From an uncultured Gemmatimonadales bacterium (lineage in GTDB: Bacteria; Gemmatimonadota; Gemmatimonadetes; Gemmatimonadales; GWC2-71-9), in contig CAWHFW010000002.1 in the NCBI GenBank assembly GCA_963828735.1, forward strand, positions 544,001 to 608,000: a stretch of DNA of 64,000 nt. Direction: 5' to 3'. The notes below the pieces were generated by a model, which was not told the DNA's origin, searched no databases, and saw only the letters and a list, made by a program, of their open reading frames with translations. The position numbers and the translations under genes are program-made. This document shows positions 9,501-17,858 of the stretch, in pieces; within the stretch, counting starts at the first letter, position 1; each line of letters opens with the position of its first letter.

Positions 9501-10172
9501 CTAGAAGGCGAAGATGATGCCGCCGCTGGCCGTGCCCTGCGTGACCCACGCGGTCCCCTCCACGACGAAGCATCCGTAGAAGTCGCACCAAGTGCCGTAG
9601 TCACCCGAGGGAACCGGAGTAATCCACAGCCGCAAGTCACCGCGCAAGCCGATCCGTCCCGAGTTGAACATGTATTTGGCTCCGGTACCGACCGACCACG
9701 AGAACCGGGTCTCGCTCCCGATCCCTTCCGTTTTGGGGTCGAAGATCCCGATGCCCAGCGAGCCGTTGATGAACGGCCTGAACTGTCGGTCGTAGTTGAA
9801 CTCGTACAGGCCGCCGATCTGGAGGTAATTCACTGCGAAGCCGCCCAGGGTGCTCTTGGCGGCGGTGGTTGCAGGTTTGAATTCGATGTTCGCGTCCTGC
9901 CGGAGGTAGGTGAGCTCCACCGAGCTACCATGCCCCGCCAGAAAGCTCAAGATCGCGCCATAGCCGAACGCGTCCGAGATCTCCAGCTGTCCGGCCCCGA
10001 GCAGGGTGCCGGGGTCCGTGTCGAACGAGCCGCCCCATTGATAGCCGCCGAAGGGGGTGATTTCGAACCGGTTCTCGTGCACGACCTGGAGCTGGGCCTC
10101 GACGGACGGAGCATAGACCGCGCAGGCCAGCCCCACCGCGACAAGCGGGCGCGTAATCGAGATACGTAACAC
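9501..10172 (-). CDS. Outer-membrane beta-barrel, OmpA-like transmembrane type
   Basis: GTG start with GGAGG, signal peptide, FEITPFGGYQWGG, C-terminal IIFAF. Confidence 0.8.
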   Translation of the reverse strand: MLRISITRPLVAVGLACAVYAPSVEAQLQVVHENRFEITPFGGYQWGGSFDTDPGTLLGAGQLEISDAFGYGAILSFLAGHGSSVELTYLRQDANIEFKPATTAAKSTLGGFAVNYLQIGGLYEFNYDRQFRPFINGSLGIGIFDPKTEGIGSETRFSWSVGTGAKYMFNSGRIGLRGDLRLWITPVPSGDYGTWCDFYGCFVVEGTAWVTQGTASGGIIFAF

Positions 10173-10257
10173 AGGTTCCTCCACCGTTGAGTGTGGGTGG
10201 CCCCGCGGCCTGGTCAGCCGCGCGCGCCTCACCATCGTTCGCCGCGACCCGGACGGC

Positions 10258-10274
10258 CATTGGACCTTGGTGCA
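10258..10274 (-). promoter_or_regulatory. Regulon box
   Basis: Minus strand tgcaccaaggtccaatg, with GATGGT 21 bp downstream. Confidence 0.85.
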
Positions 10275-10286
10275 GGACGGCCGCTG

Positions 10287-10697
10287 CTACGGTGCGGGAG
10301 TTAACGTGATGTCCGCCCGGCCGCGGGCCGCGGCGAGAATCAGCTCGAGGGTCCAGGGGCCGGGCGTGCCTGCGGCGGTCTCGGTCTCCAGATTGAGCTC
10401 GAGGAGAGTGGAGTCCACCAGCACGCCGGCCGCGTCGTGGATGATGAGGATGCCGTAGCCGTGGTGGATGAAGCTATTGTGCGAGAGCGCCGCCTTGGGC
10501 GCTGGATTCGTCCAGACCCAGGTGAGCTGGTCATTGACGTTGCGCAGGTCCTGGGCGGTGAACTCGAACTTTTCCGGCGTGTTGACGACCTGGGGATCGT
10601 TATCCGGGCTCAGGGTCCGCACCACCGAGTCCAGGCAAGCCGAGCTCATCACCACGGCTCCGATCAGTGCCCACATCCAGCGTCGATGGGAGCTCAT
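10287..10697 (-). CDS. Hypothetical lipoprotein
   Basis: MSSAC lipobox and an ATGA overlap with the upstream gene. Confidence 0.7.
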   Translation of the reverse strand: MSSHRRWMWALIGAVVMSSACLDSVVRTLSPDNDPQVVNTPEKFEFTAQDLRNVNDQLTWVWTNPAPKAALSHNSFIHHGYGILIIHDAAGVLVDSTLLELNLETETAAGTPGPWTLELILAAARGRADITLTPAP

Positions 10698-12088
10698 TCC
10701 TGCTCCTGCCTCGGAATCGCGAGGGAGAAAAAGACCCGGGCCTCCGACATGTTCTGGTCCACGTCCGGGTTGAAGGTGTACCGGCTGAAACGCCACAACC
10801 GGTTGTAGGTGACGCCGAAGCCGTACTTGCCGCGGATGTACCCCCGGAGCTCGGTACCGACATTCCAGAGGTAGTGATTGCCGGCGAATCCGCTCACGAC
10901 GGGAAGCCACACGAACCCACCGTTTACACGCAAACTGCCCTTTCCGATCCAGGTAGCCGTCCCGCGTAGCGCGCCGCCGAACGCCAGGCCGTAGTCATAG
11001 TCCCGGCCCTCGGCGGTGACGAAATAGTCCGATCGAATCGCGGCGATGGGGTTGGCCCGCGCCATCGCCTCGCCAAACAGACGCCAGCTGTCCGACGGCT
11101 TCTTGAGTGTGATCAGCCCGCCCTGAAAGCCCTGCGCGCCGAAATCCACGGCGGGATTGCTGAGGTACTCGTAGGTCATCAAGAGGCCGAGCCGGGTCCC
11201 GGACTCGTCCGAGCCGAGCGGCCGAGCGGCGAGGTTGCCGCGCACCATCAGCTCCTGCAGCGCCTTGTGGTTGGCCGACCGGCTCGCGACCGTGCCGTAG
11301 ACCTGGAAAACGGAAAACGGCTTGTTGCTCAGATCCGCGATCGGATCCCCGTAGTTCACCCCGAAACGGACGAACGCCTGGTCGCGGGCGTTGGGATCGT
11401 CGAGCGCCGACGATGTCGAGAATCGCCGGTAGCCGACGTCCATGGTCGACTGAATCCAGCTCGGCCGCCATTCCGACGGGGTCTCGGAGATCTGACTCAC
11501 CTCGCCCCGGACGAGACGGTTGAAACCCCGGACCGGATTGATCAGGCCGGCCCCCACTTCGCGGACCACGCGGTTGCCGCCGGTGGCCCTGTTGTCCAGC
11601 ACCAGGGACGAGAACCGGAACAGCATCTCGCCCAGCGTGATGCCGCCGAGCGTGGTGTTGGCCAGGTCGTTGGGCGCGGGCGCCCACACTTCCCCGAACA
11701 GCTCCCACATCAGGCTCCCGCCGAACGCCCATGGCGCCGAGTGCCAGAAGTCGTAGCCGTTGGCGCGCCCCGCGTTGTAGTACAGGCTCCCGTGGTAGGG
11801 GTGCGCGAACTGATTGTTGTTGAACTTGTTGTTGTCCCACTGCCAGCTGAACTTCAGGTTGTCGGACCAGGTGCGGAAACTGATGTTCGACCACTCGCCA
11901 TGCGTGACCCACTTGGTAAAGCCCCAGGGGACGAATTGAACCACCATCAGCTCCGCCGCGCCGGCCCAGAACCTGGTGGGGGGATTGCAGTCCGGGCACG
12001 GCAGCGGCTCGTCCTGGGCGCGCGCCGGCTCAGGGGGGAACGCGACCACGACGACGGCGAGGATGACGGCGGCCGCCCGGGCCTTCAC
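10694..12088 (-). CDS. DUF3943-domain outer-membrane protein
   Basis: WDNNKFNNNQFAHPYHGSLYYNAGRANG...GSLMWE motif. GTG start after GGGAG, signal peptide ending ARAQ. Confidence 0.8.
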   Translation of the reverse strand: MKARAAAVILAVVVVAFPPEPARAQDEPLPCPDCNPPTRFWAGAAELMVVQFVPWGFTKWVTHGEWSNISFRTWSDNLKFSWQWDNNKFNNNQFAHPYHGSLYYNAGRANGYDFWHSAPWAFGGSLMWELFGEVWAPAPNDLANTTLGGITLGEMLFRFSSLVLDNRATGGNRVVREVGAGLINPVRGFNRLVRGEVSQISETPSEWRPSWIQSTMDVGYRRFSTSSALDDPNARDQAFVRFGVNYGDPIADLSNKPFSVFQVYGTVASRSANHKALQELMVRGNLAARPLGSDESGTRLGLLMTYEYLSNPAVDFGAQGFQGGLITLKKPSDSWRLFGEAMARANPIAAIRSDYFVTAEGRDYDYGLAFGGALRGTATWIGKGSLRVNGGFVWLPVVSGFAGNHYLWNVGTELRGYIRGKYGFGVTYNRLWRFSRYTFNPDVDQNMSEARVFFSLAIPRQEQE

Positions 12089-12363
12089 CGAAGCTCCCGA
12101 CAGCCGACTTGAGCAGCCCGGCCCCCGTCGAGATGGAACAGGAGAAGACTCGGGTGGAGCGACTGCCTGCATCCGACCAGCGCACGTTCCGCCGCACGTC
12201 CCCACAAGGACACGGACGGACTCATGGTCTGCGTCAGGATCCGAACCGTCTGCCAGTGCGCGAACGGAACGGCGATGAGCGCTCCCGCCAGGAGCAGGCG
12301 CAGTCCCATCAGCGCCGCCCCAAGCCCGCGGTTCAGCAACGACTCCAATCGGCCAGAGTGCAT
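12085..12363 (-). CDS. Small hydrophobic protein, possibly leaderless
   Basis: 92 aa with a hydrophobic segment. Its stop overlaps the next GTG (GTGA), and its ATG lies just after the predicted -10. Confidence 0.45.
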   Translation of the reverse strand: MHSGRLESLLNRGLGAALMGLRLLLAGALIAVPFAHWQTVRILTQTMSPSVSLWGRAAERALVGCRQSLHPSLLLFHLDGGRAAQVGCRELR

Positions 12364-12396
12364 GGGCTACCTTAGCGGGTCGGCTCGCACGGCCGA

Positions 12397-12413
12397 CATT
12401 GGACTTTGGTAGA
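12397..12413 (-). promoter_or_regulatory. Regulon box
   Basis: Minus strand tctaccaaagtccaatg, with TAAGGT 22 bp downstream. Confidence 0.85.
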
Positions 12414-12419
12414 GGGGGG

Positions 12420-13355
12420 TCAGGGCCCGGCCATTGCCATCGTTTCTGCGAAGACGCTCGCCCAGTCGTTCTTGATGCTGACCACGGTCCACCCGTGGGA
12501 CCTGGCCCGCTCGAGGGCCTGCTCGGCCCCGGCGACATAGGCGAACTCGCGCGCCTCGTCGTCGTGGAGCACGAGGAGGCGGAGCGCCGGGCGGGAGGAG
12601 CCGCCGGCGTAGTCGAGCATCGGCATGTCGCCGTTCGAGTTGCCGACGGCGATCAGGGGCCGACGGCCAATCCGGCTCCAGATGCGGACCGGCTTGGCCG
12701 GACCGTCGTCGAACACATCCGGATGGGCCCGGTAGACGACGTCCCCGCCCTGGTCGTTCTCCCGGTATCGCAGCGCGCTGGAGGTGCCGATCACGCGCTC
12801 GGGCGGAACGCCGTAGATGTCCTCGGTGACCGTGCGCATGAAGTCGCGGTCGCCGCCGGAGGCGATGTAGCAGGTGAACCCGTTCGCCTCGAGGTAACGG
12901 AGCAGCTCGACCATCGGCTGATAGCCGCAGTCGTGGAGCGGGCGGCCGAGGGTCGGGTGCTGCGCGTCGTGAAGGAAGGCGGTGGCCGCCGCCTCGTACT
13001 CCTCGACCGGCACGCCTCGAAACGCCTGGAGGATCCCGGTCATCAACACTTTCACGTCGCTGTCGTCGCCCTGGTAGTGCTTGGTGATGACCTCGCCCAG
13101 CCACTCGTAGTTCCTGTGGTAGGCGGCCCTCCACGGGTCCCGCTCGCGAAGCGAGGCGTCCTGCTCGGCCATCGCCGCCAGGCGATGGAGAATGAAGACC
13201 AGCTCCACCGGCATCGGCTTCTCGCACCAGAGCGTGCCATCGTTGTCGAATACAGCGACGCGCTCGGCTGGCGGGACGCTCACCGACGTGACGAAGCGCA
13301 GGATCGCATCGCGCGTCGGGGTGTCGTTCCAGGACGCCAGTGGCTTGTCCGTCAT
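12420..13355 (-). CDS. HAD-family hydrolase / nonspecific acid phosphatase-like
   Basis: FDNDGTLW motif I, IASGG and GNSNGD motif IV. Confidence 0.88.
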   Translation of the reverse strand: MTDKPLASWNDTPTRDAILRFVTSVSVPPAERVAVFDNDGTLWCEKPMPVELVFILHRLAAMAEQDASLRERDPWRAAYHRNYEWLGEVITKHYQGDDSDVKVLMTGILQAFRGVPVEEYEAAATAFLHDAQHPTLGRPLHDCGYQPMVELLRYLEANGFTCYIASGGDRDFMRTVTEDIYGVPPERVIGTSSALRYRENDQGGDVVYRAHPDVFDDGPAKPVRIWSRIGRRPLIAVGNSNGDMPMLDYAGGSSRPALRLLVLHDDEAREFAYVAGAEQALERARSHGWTVVSIKNDWASVFAETMAMAGP

Positions 13356-13703
13356 TTCCAGATCCTCACTTCGACACGTCTGACTTCGGCGGGAACCCTT
13401 CGAACGGCTTTCCGGCCGCCGTGTGGGTCACGTTGGCCCTGTCTCCCGCTCGCGCCGGGGCACCCGTCGGTTCCCTGGCTTCAGTGCTGGAAGGGATAGG
13501 TGAGGCGGCCAACATGCGGGGGGGCAATGGGGAGGGGCAATTATACCAAAGGTCAGGTGCTCAAACGCGGCATAGGCATATTGCCACGCCGCGCCGGCCT
13601 GGACTGCGGCTACTGACGGGTCCTGGAAAAAAGTGGCCCCATGCGAAGGGCTCTCGCTCGGGTTGGCCGGGCCGGCGGGTGTCTCAGATCGAAGCGGGCT
13701 TGC

Positions 13704-14777
13704 CTATCGAGCGGCTTCGGACCCCATCTCGCTCTTCTCGAGAGGCTGGCCGGAGGCGGACGAGTCCTGAGCCGCCGGTTGCTCCGGTCTATGGTGGTGA
13801 TGCATGTGGCCGCCGGTGACCACCTGGACATCGTACCGGTACTCCGAGTCGGCGCGCTCCGCGCGCGGCCATGATGCTCCGGACGCGGGGATCACGATCC
13901 CTCCGAGAGCGCCCATGCCACCGCCCTCGAGCACCTTCCCCGTTGGATTGTCGTACTCAGCCGTGAGACGGTAGAGGTGGTCGGGCACCAGTGGGACGCC
14001 GAACGGCAGGAAGTACCGACGCGGCATGCTCACGACCTCACCTTTGGCGTCGACGTTGGGGCGTACCTCCCAGAGCACCGTTCTGGTAGAGACGTCCTCC
14101 AGGCGCAGTCCCGTGCCGTACTGGTGCAGGTGGGTGCCCGCGGCCAGCAGCCGCGCCGCCACCGCCGGCCGCCCTTCCCAGGACTTGGTCGAGCGGCCGG
14201 GCGGCAAGTCGTAGGCGTGGATGCCGGCAGGCGGCATCACGTCCAGGTACACCGGCTGGATCGCGAGCGACCGGAGCCAGGCCGGGCCCATCGTGAGATG
14301 CACCCGCACGCGGACGCCCTGGTAGCCCTTTGGCGTCGGATTGTGCATCATCGCCACCACCAGCAGACTGTCGCCCCGATGCACGCGGTACCCCATGAAC
14401 CAGGGAAGCGAATAGGGCTGGGTCTCGGGCCCGGCCGCGCCGAGCCGGAGCATGATGTGGCTGAAGAGCTCGCGGTGCTCCGGGGTCATGAGATTCAGGT
14501 GATGAAGCATTCCGCGCGGGACGGGCTCGCCGCGCCCATCAACGAGATCGAACGAGAGGCCTCGCAGCCAACCGTCGACCGGCAGCGCGACCGCGAGCGG
14601 GGCGGGCTGTTTGAGCGATTCGTGCGTGCTGTTCGCAGGGAGGGCGAACGGGCCGAGCTCGACCGTGTACTGATTGCCGCGAGCAACCGTCGCGCCGACG
14701 AGGACACCCACGATGCAGACCACCAGCACCGGCAATAGCCAGCGTCGGCGCGGGGATGCAGGACGGTCAGGAGACAT
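13704..14777 (-). CDS. Exported PHM/DbH-like copper monooxygenase-fold protein
   Basis: N-terminal TM/signal segment, HH...H...HxH...M ligand pattern and a His-rich tail. Confidence 0.55.
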   Translation of the reverse strand: MSPDRPASPRRRWLLPVLVVCIVGVLVGATVARGNQYTVELGPFALPANSTHESLKQPAPLAVALPVDGWLRGLSFDLVDGRGEPVPRGMLHHLNLMTPEHRELFSHIMLRLGAAGPETQPYSLPWFMGYRVHRGDSLLVVAMMHNPTPKGYQGVRVRVHLTMGPAWLRSLAIQPVYLDVMPPAGIHAYDLPPGRSTKSWEGRPAVAARLLAAGTHLHQYGTGLRLEDVSTRTVLWEVRPNVDAKGEVVSMPRRYFLPFGVPLVPDHLYRLTAEYDNPTGKVLEGGGMGALGGIVIPASGASWPRAERADSEYRYDVQVVTGGHMHHHHRPEQPAAQDSSASGQPLEKSEMGSEAAR

Positions 14778-15071
14778 CAATCGTTCCCTCGGAAACAGGA
14801 TGGACAGGCGTGGCGGCGGAGCCGTGTCATGCGTCGGGACGACCGCCTTGGCCGGGGGCCGGTGTCGCCACGTAGGAACTCCCGCGGAGTGCTTGTGTCC
14901 TCGGATTGGCGGGCGAAATATGGTGGGGAGGCGGGCAAAGTGGCTACTACACGAAAGCCAGCCCTGCCAGGCAGGGGGCTCGAGATCATGAAACTAGTAG
15001 CCGCGCCGGGCGACGTGCCCGGCGCGGCTCAGGATGTGGAGTCCTGTCACCCGTGCTCTTCCCCGACCGTA

Positions 15072-15340
15072 CTACTTCACGCCCCCGCCATAAGCCTTGG
15101 CCATCTGCTTCCCGCTCTGGCGCGCTTTCTCCAGCGCATAGTCGATGCTGAAGCTGGCCGGCTTCTGCCGGGGCGGAAACTCCTGGAAGGTCGTGAGGAA
15201 CTCCCCGACGATGGCCTGGGCCGGCACCAGCAGGAAGGCCCGATCCGTCATCCACTTGTCGTAGAACACGCTCCCGTCCTCGTCGCCCCGTTCGAAGGGA
15301 TCGCTGCGCAGGTTGTATATCTTCGGAGCGCGGAGGGGCC
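15072..15340 (-). pseudogene. C-terminal remnant of an arylsulfatase
   Basis: PLRAPKIYNLRSDPFERGD...FQEFPPRQKPASFS is a typical arylsulfatase C-terminus. No catalytic N-terminal part lies upstream. Confidence 0.7.
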
Positions 15341-15396
15341 TTCGACCTCGCGCGCCCGCCCTCGATATCGACTTCAGGTCACCGAAGGCACTGCCT

Positions 15397-16161
15397 TCAG
15401 TCATCCAGGCCCTTGGCGTCGACGTACCCCTTGTAAAGATCGAGTCGCTTGCTCGCGACGAAATCCCGTTTCCCAGCCAGGTCCTTGTCGGCGCCCGCCG
15501 CCTTCTTCTGTGCCACCAGGGTCTGCCGCTCGAGCTCGCGAATCACCGGGGACGTCCGCTCCGCGGCCGCGGGATCGGTCTGGCGGAGGCTCGCCCGCTC
15601 CGACCGCTTCTGCACCAGCATGCGTTCCAGCACGAGCGCCTGCTGCCGTGCGATCGCGGCCTCGCGCGCCTTCCCGGCCGCTGCGATCTCGGCGGCGTTC
15701 ACGTCCTTGAGCTGGACGGCCAACTCCTTCCGCCGCTCGAGCACCTTCTGCTGCGATTCCAGGGCCTTCTTGTCCGCCTTCCGCTTCTCCTTGTCGGCTT
15801 CCTTCTTCTTGACCTCGAGCTCGGCGATCTGCCGCTGCCGCGCCTGGATGAGCTCCTGGGTGCGAGCCTGGCGCGCCGTGGCATTGGTAAGCTCGCTGTC
15901 GGCACTGGCCAACTGCTGGTCGGAGGCCCGTACCGCCTGATCCACTTCGGCCTGGGACCGGCCGGGCAGCGCGATCGCGCCGCCGCGGACCCAGGGATCG
16001 GTCGAAGCCAGCGATCCTACGCTGGCGCCCGTATTCGGCGCGTAGCCCTGGGCGGTTTTCGCGGCGGTATCGGCGCCCGTTTCCTGCGCGGCCAGCGGCA
16101 TCCCGCCGAGCAGCACCGCGGCGGCCAACAGCATCGCGGACCTGGCAACGTTTCGTCTCAT
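15397..16161 (-). CDS. Exported coiled-coil protein
   Basis: AGGAGG RBS, signal peptide ending LAAQ, long A/K/E/Q helical region. Confidence 0.75.
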   Translation of the reverse strand: MRRNVARSAMLLAAAVLLGGMPLAAQETGADTAAKTAQGYAPNTGASVGSLASTDPWVRGGAIALPGRSQAEVDQAVRASDQQLASADSELTNATARQARTQELIQARQRQIAELEVKKKEADKEKRKADKKALESQQKVLERRKELAVQLKDVNAAEIAAAGKAREAAIARQQALVLERMLVQKRSERASLRQTDPAAAERTSPVIRELERQTLVAQKKAAGADKDLAGKRDFVASKRLDLYKGYVDAKGLDD

Positions 16162-16483
16162 ATCGGCCTCCTAGAGCGGCCGGTTCGCGGGCCGGCGTCG
16201 GTGGGGTTCGGCTTCGTTCGAACGGCCACGCGCGGGCCGCTTCTCCTGGTTCCAGCATTCCCTCAGTCTAACTCGGACCTCTGCGCGGGCCGCCGGGGAC
16301 AGCGCGCGGAGAAATGTCGGCTCTTGTCGTCCGCCGGCACCGTGAGCACCAGTGGCTCGGCACGTTGGGCCGTTAGGGAGCCCTCCGCGGCGGAGTGCTC
16401 ACGGATGGGCGGCCTGACCCCGGCGGCGGCGATGCTCGGCGGTCCCTTTGCGGATCAGTATTTGACGTCACGGGTGAGCTTGG

Positions 16484-16500
16484 AAGTGGACCTTGGTAGG
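16484..16500 (-). promoter_or_regulatory. Regulon box
   Basis: Minus strand cctaccaaggtccactt, with AATACT 21 bp downstream. Confidence 0.75.
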
Positions 16501-16657
16501 GGGCCCGGCGAAATCCCGTCTACCGGACCTGGCGAACGGTGGATCGAGTCCCTGGCAGCCCTCCCGGACCAGGGACCCACTGGACCCTAGCCCTTGGTCG
16601 AGTGTCGCGCCGGGCGGGACCGTGCATCTTGGAGCACCCGCTTCCTTCGAGGGCTCC

Positions 16658-17233
16658 ATGCTCCGCATCGGCCGCGTTCTGCTCGTCGTCGCCTTCGCCC
16701 TGACCACCCCTGCCGTCGCCCAGGGTCCGGGCTCCAAGTTCGGCGCCATCATCGGCGGCGCGAGCCTGAGCGACCTGGCCGGAGGTTTCGGCGGGACCAC
16801 CTCCGACCGCTGGGGCGGGACGGCCGGGATCCTGTTGGGAGTCAACGCCGGCAGGACCGCGCTGACGCTCGAGGGGAACTGGGTCCAGAAAGGCGGGGGA
16901 GATACCCGTCTCGACTACATCGAGATTCCGCTGACGATCGGCGCGATCGCGGTGACGGGAGGAGGGGCCGGGCGCGCGCGGCTCTACAGCGGGGTCAGCG
17001 TGGGGTTCAAGGTGAGTTGCAGCTCGGACGACCTTGCCTGCGACGCCGCGAAAGGCACGGAGTGGGGCTGGCCAATCGGGCTCCAGCTCGCCAAGGTCTC
17101 GGAATCCGGCTCGTTCGTCGGCCTCGACGTCAAGTACACGGTCGCGCTGTCCGACGCATTCGAGTTCAATGGCGTCTACAACCGGCCGTGGGCCTTCAGG
17201 TTGATGTTCGGAAAGCCGCTCGGCACCCACTAG
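16658..17233 (+). CDS. Outer-membrane beta-barrel (porin-family / OMP beta-barrel type)
   Basis: Signal peptide ending AVAQ and the EGNWVQKGG...LDYIEIPL motif. Confidence 0.75.
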   Translation: MLRIGRVLLVVAFALTTPAVAQGPGSKFGAIIGGASLSDLAGGFGGTTSDRWGGTAGILLGVNAGRTALTLEGNWVQKGGGDTRLDYIEIPLTIGAIAVTGGGAGRARLYSGVSVGFKVSCSSDDLACDAAKGTEWGWPIGLQLAKVSESGSFVGLDVKYTVALSDAFEFNGVYNRPWAFRLMFGKPLGTH

Positions 17234-17564
17234 TCCGCCGGCCCGGGGCGAGGGCGTGCTACCGGCTCGCCTCCGGGCTCCGGCACTGGGGGGCCCGCGC
17301 TTCGGCATGGAGCACACTTCCCCCCTTCGCCATCGCGGATCCGACTGACTCGCCCACCGCGTCCTTCTCCCTCCGGCCCGTGCCTGAGGTAGGAAACGGC
17401 AATCACCGCCTGGGGCCAAGCGAACCTCGACGCCCGGGATTGCTCGCGCGCAGACATACCGGCCTCGCAGTCGGCAAACCAACTGCCCATCGCGGTCGTG
17501 ATGTTTTCGAGTGGAGACGTAGAACGGGTTCCCCCACAAGGTGGGACCCGGAATGGCCGGCGGC

Positions 17565-17581
17565 CATTGGACTTTGGTTCA
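17565..17581 (-). promoter_or_regulatory. Regulon box with no recognisable downstream gene
   Basis: Minus strand tgaaccaaagtccaatg, with CACCTT 21 bp downstream. Confidence 0.75.
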
Positions 17582-17666
17582 CCGCTGCGGGGGTGGATGG
17601 GGCTAGCAGCTCGGCCGAAGATCGTCGCTCGGCCGATGGTGCTCGGTCATCAGAGGTATTCGATCA

Positions 17667-17858
17667 TCAGTAGTAGGGTCGCCCGTACACCCCTACCCCG
17701 ACCACTGGCGTGCCACCCCATCCATAGGGATAGGGCCCGGCCCCGACCGAGACGCTCCACCCGACGCCGACCGTGGCGCTCGCGCAGGCCGAGGCCCAGA
17801 GGAGGGCGAGCAGCATGAGGAGCAGACCGGCGACGGCAACTGCCCGGGACGGCTTCAT
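17667..17858 (-). CDS. Small Gly/Tyr/Pro-rich lipoprotein
   Basis: ASAC lipobox and an ATGA overlap with the upstream gene. Confidence 0.65.
   Translation of the reverse strand: MKPSRAVAVAGLLLMLLALLWASACASATVGVGWSVSVGAGPYPYGWGGTPVVGVGVYGRPYY

Noticed and set aside
13542..13558. Box-like tataccaaaggtcaggt
   Set aside because: It has a core mismatch, points away from the adjacent HAD gene, and has no -10 at the usual spacing. It may be a relic.
16565..16594. Weak box-like sequences before the barrel gene at 16658
   Set aside because: Too many mismatches and no correctly spaced -10.
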